A stretch of DNA of 64,000 bases from a virus (Duplodnaviria; Caudoviricetes): positions 1 to 64,000 of the IMG/VR virus record IMGVR_UViG_3300009031_000221; one strand, written 5' to 3'. The notes beneath the pieces were generated by a model, which was not told where the DNA came from, searched no databases, and saw only the letters and a list, made by a program, of their open reading frames with translations. Position 1 is the stretch's first letter; every line of letters starts with the position of its first letter. Made by a program: the position numbers and the translations under genes. Shown one piece after another: positions 33,301 to 41,700 of this stretch.

Positions 33301-35903
33301 AGAGATAGGTCATATCCATCAACGGCACCGAATCCCAAGTATTCTTTCTTCCACGGATGCTCCGTCAATCCGGCTACGTCCGTCAGGACAACAGCTACAT
33401 CAGCCCAACGGCTAGGGTTGTATACCGACAAATCCTCGGAATGGGTGTATTGCGATCGAAATTCAATCGTGACAGCCCCACCAGAAGCCGAATTGAAACC
33501 CCCCGTCGTAAATCCAGGACTCAATGCCTGAACTACAATACCTGTGGATATAGGGGCATTCTTATTTGTATAACCTGCGGTCATACCCGCCCCGATAACC
33601 TTGAATGCTCCGTTGTTATTCTGGGCCCCTGCGGCATCGTCCCCATATAGAACAACATAGACTTCCGATGATGCCCCCGTGCTATCCCTACCCCCATCTG
33701 TCAACATCCCGTATAGGGTCTTGAGGTCGTGGAACAAGGGATTGGTAATCAGGGTCGGATCATCCTGGAAATTACCCGCGATATCCTTGCTGAACCAATT
33801 AACATTATCAAAATCGACGCCGACATCGATATATCCAATAGCATTAGGGATATCTACGTCGAACAACTTCGTCGCAAGAATATTCGTCATCCGCAGGCTC
33901 GTGTGCAGGATGCTGCCAAGGACAACGAATGGGCGTTCGAAGTTGGTCTCCCGCCAAGGATACATCGGCCCAACGTGACGGGCGGCATCAATAGCTGATA
34001 GTCCCGGAGGCGCCGCTTCTAATCCACGTTGCTGCACAAAACGCAACGATACAGGATTCTGATTACCATTGGCGGGATCCACAATGGGGTATCCCGTCTT
34101 CCAGTACTCCTTGGGGGTCACAAGGCGAACCCCACGAGTACCAGAATCCTTGAATGTGCCACGAACACCCTGATTGCCGAACTCGCCGCCTGTAAACAGA
34201 AGAATACTCGAACCATCGGTCCAGTTTGTCCCGCCTACGTCATTCATGAATCCTGATGGGTGGAAGTCCGGGCCTACATCCCAAGTCACGTTCACGTCAA
34301 ATGGATCTGTAGTTATCCCAACCGTACCCTGATCCTGTGTAGCCTCATTGTCACACATGATTGTTACATCAGTCTGCAACGCTGCTGCGTCTGACCACAC
34401 CGTACGAATACCATCGGGCCCATCTACTCGAGTGGTGTAATTCGGAGTCGCAATAGCACTGCCAGCCAACAACGAATCAACCTCATGGATAACGGGTCCA
34501 ATGGTCGTGCCCTTGGATTCCTGCTTCCATGCAGACTTGAGCGTGCCCTTTGTCAATGCAGCTACGTTATGTGCCAATAGACGATTGTAATCCCAATCCT
34601 GGGCATTGATGGCATGACGGAGATCCAACACGTCCTGACGGGCAATCTCGTCCGCAAACAAACCATCGGGACGGTTGTTGTAGAACTTGATGGGTGCCCC
34701 TAGGAGATGACCTGCTGCGGCAGTACCAAATCTACCACGCCCGCCAGCGGGGATTGTGATATCCCCCGTGTTAGTATCCACAGCACTGACACCAACAATT
34801 TCATTGTCAATGACCAGGAACACATGAGACAAATCCGCCTGCATATAAGGGTCATCCAAACCAGATGCACCTAATAGCAATGGGTCTGTATGGATTACCA
34901 AATCCGTTGACAACATAATGCTTGTCAATAGCGGAGTCTGGAGTTCACGTGACGTAGGGTTCGGAGCATGTGTTGCCATCGGCATACGGTCGAATGAACC
35001 ATTGTGCGTTGGATTGCCCCCACCATGTTGAACGGCACTGTAGTCATTCGACCCACGGCGGAAGATGGCACAAACAGGAATGGCATATACATAGCCATCT
35101 ACCGTGCCGAATGAATTGTCTGGGTCTCCGTTGCCCGCACGCCACAGAGAAGGATCCCCAAGCTCCGTCCGCATATTCTCAAATGCGCCGAGTAACGCCA
35201 CGGGGCTTGCGAATGTACCCTGCCCATAGATGTAGGGATCTCCCAAACCATCGGGATAGACATTCAATGTTACGGTAGACCCATTGCCTACACCACCACC
35301 ATGAACACGAAGACGGTACTGAACCTGAATCCGTGCCGTAGTGTCATAACCAATGGTGGGATCCTCAAGGTCATCGTCAATATTCGTCCCGCCAAACAAA
35401 ACATTGCCATACTTGAAAATCTTCGTAGCCTCAGGCTTGTTTGCGGTAGACGGGTTTGCATCTACCCGAGTCTGCCATGCCTCTAGGAACACATAGTCAA
35501 TCCGGGTGTCAGATTCTGGAGGTGCCATGAGGCTAATGACGTTGGACAAGTCATCGATCTGCGTTCCGGCAATAGGTAGAACCCAACCGTTGACATTCGC
35601 CCAAACTACAGGCTGCGTTTCAGGAGATTCCTGCATTCCCGTTGGCGTACGAGGGTTCCCCAGACGAAAACGATTAGCCCAGTTTGGATTGAACTGGAAG
35701 TCTACATCAGCACGAGTCGGATCCATAAAGAAACCAGACGGCACCATGGTACGAACCACTTGCCGCAGGCTCTCCCAAGCCTCCAAACTCATTAGGTTTA
35801 ACTCTGAGTCCAAAGGCGGCTTGCCTTTCTGCCATACCACGGCAGAAAACTGCCGTGCGAAAGCATCCATGGGACGGGAAACACCAGGTCCGAAATCTAC
35901 CAT
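30297..35903 (-). CDS. Large virion/baseplate-associated protein with DUF4815-like N-terminus
   Basis: 1868 aa; VWQKGKPPLDSELN, DYVFLEAW, RIQVQYRLR, DGYVYAIPVC; paralogous to 47718-51212. Confidence 0.75.
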   Translation of the reverse strand: MVDFGPGVSRPMDAFARQFSAVVWQKGKPPLDSELNLMSLEAWESLRQVVRTMVPSGFFMDPTRADVDFQFNPNWANRFRLGNPRTPTGMQESPETQPVVWANVNGWVLPIAGTQIDDLSNVISLMAPPESDTRIDYVFLEAWQTRVDANPSTANKPEATKIFKYGNVLFGGTNIDDDLEDPTIGYDTTARIQVQYRLRVHGGGVGNGSTVTLNVYPDGLGDPYIYGQGTFASPVALLGAFENMRTELGDPSLWRAGNGDPDNSFGTVDGYVYAIPVCAIFRRGSNDYSAVQHGGGNPTHNGSFDRMPMATHAPNPTSRELQTPLLTSIMLSTDLVIHTDPLLLGASGLDDPYMQADLSHVFLVIDNEIVGVSAVDTNTGDITIPAGGRGRFGTAAAGHLLGAPIKFYNNRPDGLFADEIARQDVLDLRHAINAQDWDYNRLLAHNVAALTKGTLKSAWKQESKGTTIGPVIHEVDSLLAGSAIATPNYTTRVDGPDGIRTVWSDAAALQTDVTIMCDNEATQDQGTVGITTDPFDVNVTWDVGPDFHPSGFMNDVGGTNWTDGSSILLFTGGEFGNQGVRGTFKDSGTRGVRLVTPKEYWKTGYPIVDPANGNQNPVSLRFVQQRGLEAAPPGLSAIDAARHVGPMYPWRETNFERPFVVLGSILHTSLRMTNILATKLFDVDIPNAIGYIDVGVDFDNVNWFSKDIAGNFQDDPTLITNPLFHDLKTLYGMLTDGGRDSTGASSEVYVVLYGDDAAGAQNNNGAFKVIGAGMTAGYTNKNAPISTGIVVQALSPGFTTGGFNSASGGAVTIEFRSQYTHSEDLSVYNPSRWADVAVVLTDVAGLTEHPWKKEYLGFGAVDGYDLSLPASGVPNKMILNTTFMYHPGHGATARVADELVRFARVGSVPSDGPYLRQSPIAVDPTFPGPAGEMFWNANHVQLWNRLPGLGWHAPFAPNYGGNVVGFTEQDREHELFVDRGSKTIIFRPFRSRDMTLDATDFTGFLPQSLMGPYTYTDGGAKDCNQIFTGTPADGKKMGFAVPYEFMPRFGRQDIPYYKYIGESPQPFMPGINHLFLDREDVTRPVFNVIGGEDNPTGGNQVKNMLFVTGLATYAHHGTTTVGTNNQPYIAARKTTSINNVVPYAQNVIDSLAAVNSSDFGRGLKGIQLPPYYGVARLIGVYDYRDFVTKGGRTIDVNNRWGADNDAAPNLLREDVDSQTLFILRDGAQDITSPLGGPQQTGDHTYIVPSNVLDLTRALQYGTSPHAFEDFQFVVVCTVFGFARDFINGNNFVLCRKHSGKGSTNVDGTVFDSVDTPNELEGVSMVIPCPASSNDQFYAAYNRTVYQGDVYMSRKGTVSVASDYEERYGQLDSAAQYNMRWPIQQYNNAGGYVPETPNARAFEVLASMDFYTTMGTGKVGGQMYPGTPLDVGYVQNTPQAALRATDTVNDPQWQTWTRTYTEGQKTNPSRATLSLMGLGDGSLLNVGHEFAVVRVTLLDGSIQDFYFCANAGNETWLNGQGVPSTNIMRMDIVGDAIDKINNHPAMQRAVKVSVGVDKEIIFLAVPVGAEGNGIRVSVYHTDPTVDISTMLQLRTPFPNTKAIGAKVTGAYFFGGMDEPMNAGMGFSQVNLTGMIERLPTGALLQDSDFLCENPLGDKASAMKSSPAGPRPIQNIIPLTNGGDEYDRFMGEPGALIAESDGSVTTTDFGAWRQINPTGTTIFRLYRGGGPLFVLSDDGISGGPVDWVSDSFPASIKPVLKGGVLVCRAMLVRNFYEEVVAAGPVTVTQGDEIQMVIATYGILGDTNIREAGLTLGGIISPAGYGEGYAASDRFRLAGRPMFKGYNRQVPNPADVTLAVYPDELRQGRDI

Positions 35904-35919
35904 GTTCGCCTCAGTTCAA

Positions 35920-36756
35920 TCAGAACAACACTGCGTAGGTTGCGATATACCGCTTGCTCGCGGAGGTGTTCAAGAAAGCCACCCTAATCTTCGTTGTCTT
36001 CGAGCAGAATGCTATGGACTCCAATAGTCCCGCTTGGCACCATGTCGTTCCATTATCAGGAGACAAATAGGCAGAGAACCCACTAGGTTCCTGATCGCAT
36101 TCCTTGATCGTCCTAATCGCAGGGTCATTGGTCAGGTTATGAGCGACATCATTGGAGATATCAAACTCGTAAAGCTTCCAATACATAACGAACTCATCGG
36201 CGCCAACCGGGTCACCTGAAAATGGATCCAGTGTGTATGCCCCGATGTCAATCTCCTTGGTGATAAGAAGACCAGGGTGATTCGGGAGGCTCGTCGGATG
36301 AACAGGATCCAAAGTTGGATTGATCGGGAGCAATGCTGTATGCGTTGGCATTTGCCCAGGCAAGGGGTTCAGAATCGAACGACCCGTTTGCAACCGTGGA
36401 GAGTAAATGTGAATGTTCGGAGGATCGGAGAACGTATCGCGGAATGTCGCCGTGAAATCAAGTTCCTCAACATGCGTGGAGGTCAACAACGGGTTAAAAT
36501 AGACGTTGCCGAACATCGGATACTGGGCTAACAGGTAGGCATACGAGATGCTGGATACATCGCCACCATCGCAATCCCCTAGACCATCCAATACGTAGGA
36601 GCTACTATCGATTGGGAACTCCGCGCCTTTGACTACAGGTATCGCGTACTTCCCATTAATGGGAACGGCGCCATCAGTACCAGTCGTGGGGGTGCGTTCG
36701 ACCTGAACGATCTTAGGGTCATTAGGATGGCTTTTAAGGTCTATGAGGATCCGCAT
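35920..36756 (-). CDS. Putative virion structural protein
   Basis: 278 aa, first gene of the operon with the 1868-aa gene. Confidence 0.65.
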   Translation of the reverse strand: MRILIDLKSHPNDPKIVQVERTPTTGTDGAVPINGKYAIPVVKGAEFPIDSSSYVLDGLGDCDGGDVSSISYAYLLAQYPMFGNVYFNPLLTSTHVEELDFTATFRDTFSDPPNIHIYSPRLQTGRSILNPLPGQMPTHTALLPINPTLDPVHPTSLPNHPGLLITKEIDIGAYTLDPFSGDPVGADEFVMYWKLYEFDISNDVAHNLTNDPAIRTIKECDQEPSGFSAYLSPDNGTTWCQAGLLESIAFCSKTTKIRVAFLNTSASKRYIATYAVLF

Positions 36757-36846
36757 GTCTTATGATACCTCTCGTACAACGTACTCATTCACGGGGGACT
36801 ATAGGATACCTAACGCCGTTCATTATACCGAAAGTTACGTTTTACA

Positions 36847-36874
36847 GGCTTACTATTCGGAAGTTCAGCGTAGA
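36847..36874 (+). promoter_or_regulatory. Repeated bipartite promoter-like motif, copy C
   Basis: GGCTTACT-attcggaagttca-GCGTAGA. Confidence 0.75.
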
Positions 36875-36905
36875 TGTTATGTGGGATGCCTAGCACCCCC
36901 AGGAG

Positions 36906-37631
36906 ATGTCAATGAAGTTCCTCAAAACCATGACCCTGGCGCTGGCCCTTTCCCTTCCCGTGCAGTCACATGCGGCGGAATCGAAGCCCGTGATCGTCGT
37001 GGCGGAAGACTTGGCACAGCAGGCCAAAGAACGCTTCAAGGCCGGGGAATTCGAAGTTGCTGCCAAGATGTTCATGAACGCTTACGCCAAGAGCCATGCC
37101 CCGGCGATGGTGTTCAACGCCGCGAGAGCCTACGAGAATGCGGGGAAGAACGGCGATGCCGCAAGCCTGTTCCGCCTCTACGTCAGCCTGTCGGATGATA
37201 CGGATGGCATGATTGAAGCCCGTCAGCATCTCGCCAAGTTGAACACGCCCTCCCCGGTCATCGTTCAGCCCCCGCAGGCACGCCCGACCCCGCGTCCAGT
37301 GGCCCCGATGGTTCCTGTTGCCGTTACCCCCGCTCCGTCGCATACGGCAGCGTGGGCGGTCACTGGAGGCGCCGCAGCGGCAGTGTTGAGCGGTGTTACC
37401 CTCATCGGCATTGCCAGTGCAGACTCGAATCAGGCCAATGCGGATTACCGTCGCACGGGGGACTTGCAGGCATACAGGAACGCCTATAGTACGTCGCAAA
37501 CCGAATGGTGGGCCGGAGTTGCCATCACGGGTGCTGGCGCGGTCCTAGGTGGCGTTTCCGTGTACATGTGGAACAAGCCCGTCACCGTCACGCCCATGGG
37601 CAAGGGAATCGCCTTCGGCGGATCTTTCTAG
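36906..37631 (+). CDS. Exported TPR-repeat protein of myxobacterial type
   Basis: Signal peptide; TPR-like AKERFKAGEFEVAAKMFMNAY...MVFNAARAYENAG; Pro-rich linker; Gly/Ala-rich hydrophobic helices; C-terminus GIAFGGSF. Confidence 0.8.
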   Translation: MSMKFLKTMTLALALSLPVQSHAAESKPVIVVAEDLAQQAKERFKAGEFEVAAKMFMNAYAKSHAPAMVFNAARAYENAGKNGDAASLFRLYVSLSDDTDGMIEARQHLAKLNTPSPVIVQPPQARPTPRPVAPMVPVAVTPAPSHTAAWAVTGGAAAAVLSGVTLIGIASADSNQANADYRRTGDLQAYRNAYSTSQTEWWAGVAITGAGAVLGGVSVYMWNKPVTVTPMGKGIAFGGSF

Positions 37632-37639
37632 GGATTGAT

Positions 37640-37667
37640 GACTTACTTTGGGAGAGTTCAGCGTAGA
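37640..37667 (+). promoter_or_regulatory. Repeated bipartite promoter-like motif, copy D
   Basis: GACTTACT-ttgggagagttca-GCGTAGA. Confidence 0.75.
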
Positions 37668-37742
37668 TGATGTGTACGCTGGTTGTCACATCAGCGGGAT
37701 CCACATCGAAGCCGAAAAGTAGTCCCTGGGAGGGGCGTACCT

Positions 37743-38042
37743 ATGCCAAATTTTCAGCGAGTGGTGGTTGGTCTTCTGGTTCTCGTCATCATCAACCTGT
37801 TCGGGCTGCTGGTGACGGGGCATCAGGTCAATGTCAACCTGAAGAAACTGGTCGCACATAGCCCCGCACCGGAGGAACATGCCAAAAAGGGGATCGACGA
37901 GCAGATCCTGGATCTGTGGGCGGAGCAGAACGACATCCCCCTTCCACAACATGTATCAGCGGATACGATGTCCCAAAAGGAAGTGGAGGACATATTCAAC
38001 AAGCGGGGGATCGTCCCGGCATTGCCGATTTCTACGAAATGA
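37743..38042 (+). CDS. Small single-pass membrane protein
   Basis: Likely start ATG 37743 (GGAGG upstream); VVVGLLVLVIINLFGLLV transmembrane segment. Confidence 0.7.
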   Translation: MPNFQRVVVGLLVLVIINLFGLLVTGHQVNVNLKKLVAHSPAPEEHAKKGIDEQILDLWAEQNDIPLPQHVSADTMSQKEVEDIFNKRGIVPALPISTK

Positions 38043-38072
38043 ACGGTTCGTATCATAAATACAGCTAAGCGT

Positions 38073-38100
38073 GACTTACTTTTCCCATCGACAGCGTAGA
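38073..38100 (+). promoter_or_regulatory. Repeated bipartite promoter-like motif, copy E
   Basis: GACTTACT-tttcccatcgaca-GCGTAGA. Confidence 0.75.
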
Positions 38101-38140
38101 TAGAAGGTAGGGCGCCTGAGGTGCCCACAAGGAACCTTCG

Positions 38141-38746
38141 ATGAACTGCCTCAAACTCGCAATGTTGCTCCTGGCCCTGACGATGCCCGCGTGCCTCGCG
38201 GAACGTCTGGATGACCCCTGCGATGCCCCCGCCAGCACCCGCCTGAAGGCGAACGGCGATGGCACGTTCCACGACAAGCTCCTGAACATCGATTGTTCGT
38301 TCTTCAAGGCGGAAGGTCACGGCAAGCTATGCTTGCCCGTGTGGACACACCAAAATGGCACCAATGGATTCGGCAACTCCGATTTCCCTGAGGCCACTGC
38401 TACGGTGAACCACCAATCATCGGATTGTCAGTCAAATCAGATATTTTGGGCCAATCAGGGGCCTTTCGGGGACTTCCCCAAGTATGGCTTCACGATGGCG
38501 TCGGCGGATTCCGTATCCGCGGTCTTCAACCTTCGTGACCCTGACCCGACAACCGTTACCAGCACAGACCCGAAGACCGGAAAAGCAACGGGAATCAGCG
38601 ATTACTATTCGACGGCAGATTGCATTGGACCGAAGACCGCAAAGGATCAACAAAACGGATTCTTCATGATTGCTGATGGACAAGCCTCCATCCCTGCGTG
38701 CCCCTACATGACAGGCCTGGGATTGTTTGCGGGCATGCCTCAGTAG
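38141..38746 (+). CDS. Cys-rich putative lipoprotein of myxobacterial type
   Basis: Signal peptide ending MPA-C; STRLKA...DKLLNIDCSF...KLCLP; 7 Cys in the mature part, counting the putative lipidated Cys. Confidence 0.7.
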   Translation: MNCLKLAMLLLALTMPACLAERLDDPCDAPASTRLKANGDGTFHDKLLNIDCSFFKAEGHGKLCLPVWTHQNGTNGFGNSDFPEATATVNHQSSDCQSNQIFWANQGPFGDFPKYGFTMASADSVSAVFNLRDPDPTTVTSTDPKTGKATGISDYYSTADCIGPKTAKDQQNGFFMIADGQASIPACPYMTGLGLFAGMPQ

Positions 38747-38748
38747 GA

Positions 38749-41700
38749 TTACACGTTGCCGTTGTTCGCGTCGACATTGCCTGCGACAATTCCCGCCGCG
38801 AATACATTCTGTGCCACATTACCAACCACAACAACCGAATTTACCTTTGCTGCCAAAGTATCCGTGTTGGTGATTCCCGCGGCACCCAGAATCATATTGC
38901 CGGTAAGGACTACGGGATCGACCTGAGCCGCCGCAGCCGATCCGAGGACAATACTATTGGTAACCATGTTGCCCGTGATTACGGCATGGGTAAGGTTTTC
39001 ACCAAAAGTAATAAATCCCGCAATGTTGTTAAAAATCATGGTAGAACTGCTCAGGATGCTGATAGTGTTTCCTGTCGGGAGATTGTTCCCCGCTACCTGT
39101 GTTCCCCCGCTAGCCGCATTCACCGTGATTCCCCCAAACATCTGATTACCAGTAATCATGTTGTTTGTCCCTGTGACATCAATAGCGCCGGTCGTGTTGC
39201 TTGCGATGACGTTTTCTGCCCCCACAACCGTAACCGTACCGTTATTTCCCGCAGAACAAGTACTGTTACCTGTGAAGTTCAATTTACTGGCATAGGCAAC
39301 CAATCCCGTTGCGCTTTGCATTTGGTTACCTGTCACCGTCCCATAGATTGCGACATGTCCCGCATCCCCAATAATGAGTCCAGGACTTCCTATTGTATTC
39401 CCCGTAACTGTGAAGTAGCTGCTTAGTGTTCCTCTACCTAGAATCAGGGATGCGGCAAACGTGTTGTCTCCAATGGTGCCGAAGTTCGCATCCAGAATCT
39501 CGAATACCCCCGCAATCCGATTTCCTGTGATCTCGTAAGGACCCCCAATGTTGATCTTGTCTGCAGTCCCCGCACCGGTACTGATGCTAGTAATGACATT
39601 GTTGGCGATGATTGGACGCAAGCTTGCAACGGCACCGGCACTGAGTCCAACGTAATCAGTAAGTGTCGCGATGGTGTTCCCTATCAGTTTGCAATCATCA
39701 TGGAAGCATAGACCTGAACCAAACGTGTTGCCCTCAACGGTATTCCCGTCCCATACGTAACCATTCGCAAACGTATTGCCTACGATAGTGTTATTTGAGC
39801 CTCCCGTTGGCAAGTTAGTTACAACATCATAGCCCGCTGCCAATATGTAGGCGTAATTCCCTGCAATGTAGCAATTAGTGCCATCAACCTTCATCACATT
39901 GCACACATTGCTTTGAACAGACGCGCCATAACCGAAAACGTAGATGTGCCAAGGGTTTGACACATTTACAGTGACCGTATTGTGGTGGACGCTAACCGTA
40001 GGAGGGCTGCCAAGAACAGGATAGCCTACGTGAATACCATCATCGTAGTTTCCAACAACGGATACATCCATATCTACTGAGTTGTGGCCAACGGTAGTAT
40101 TGAGGTTTTCCTTGGTGAAAACCAGAATGCCATACTTGAACCCCCACAACATGTCCACTAACCCGGTGTGGATCACGCTCAGATTGTTGTTGTTGATTTT
40201 CACACCACCCGCAGCAATGAGTCCCGTGTGCAGGGTGCCATTGATGTAGTTCCCATCAATAATGCCCGCGCCCCCACCAACCCAAATACCATTACCGAAT
40301 CCAGTAATGTAATTGTTCCGAATGGTCACATTCGAAATCTTGTCATTCAAGTAGAAGGTAGCCGTGTCATCATGAAGGATCTTGATTCCTACCGTACCTG
40401 TTCTACCTCCCAATACCGAAGTCCCAAACAAGTTCCCTTCGATAATCGTGTTTGCTATGGGTGATCCAATCTGAACGCAATGAATGCCGTCCCCACGCAA
40501 TGAAGTAGCATGGTTGCTTGTGATCCTAGATTCCGTTACCACAAATGCCTGCGCCTTGAGGAAATTGTAAACATAGCCATTTGCACGGCAGTTGTCGATG
40601 ATCACATTAGATGAGGGCCCGCTGGAAGTAATGAAAAGAGAATTGGTGGCTACCATGGGATCTGCCCCCAGGAATCGGAATGCCAAATCACGAAATACAA
40701 GATCCGAACGACCATTCAGATCAATCAGATCCTTGGTTGCGTCGTCCCACGAAATTTCCGTTGTATTGATTCCGGATGCCGAAAGAGGCATACCCTCAAT
40801 GACCAATCCATTGGTCTTGATCTCAATAGGCAGGACGGTTTCCAATGTACGCCCTATTACTCGAATCCGAACCTGCTTATAGGCGGGGCCTCCTGATTCG
40901 GGAGCCATCATTTCGCTAGCGTATCCGACAGCTTCCCCTAGTGTCTTGAAATGAGCATGCCCATTGTTGAACGAAATCCAATCTACATTGGTCCCACCGA
41001 TTTCTCCTACCGTAATTTCCAACCGCTTGTCCATGTCCCGAATAGGATTCTGGAGATTCATCACGGTAGCAACACCGCCCGATACCACAACCTTCGCGAT
41101 AAGGATATCCTCAGGGTGAGGAAGAGGGAATGCATTAGCCCCATCAATGAACCATGACGTGTAATAACACGCAGGGCATGTTGTGCCGTCATTGTGTTCA
41201 AAATAGAAGTAGAAAATGTTAGGATCCACCGCAGAAGGGATCTGAATCGTTACCTGCGGAGTCAGCATACGTTGACCCTGCATCAAAATTGTTGCCGGAT
41301 CGATCGTGATATCGTAATGAGTCCCTGCAATAAGCGCACTTGCAGTCACTCGAGTTGACTTGAGATGCCATGATGAGAACATGTCATCGAGGTTCTTCTG
41401 AAGGTTCAGTGTCTGCGTACCCTTGGCACGCACGGTTACCGATCCATCCGTGTTAGCAACAACATCGGCATCATCGAATCGAACTGAAGAGGAGCGCTTC
41501 GCTGAACCATAGGTCGTATCGAATTGGTAATTGACACCGGCTACACCCGTGAGGTCATTCGGGGTAACAACCTCACGGCGGAATACCACAACATGAGGAT
41601 TGGCAGCATCAATAGTGAAAGAATCTACAGGGCCCCCAGCCTGGACGCCGCCCCCATAAAGCTCACCCAATATTGTGAAATCAATACCTGTAACAGGGTC

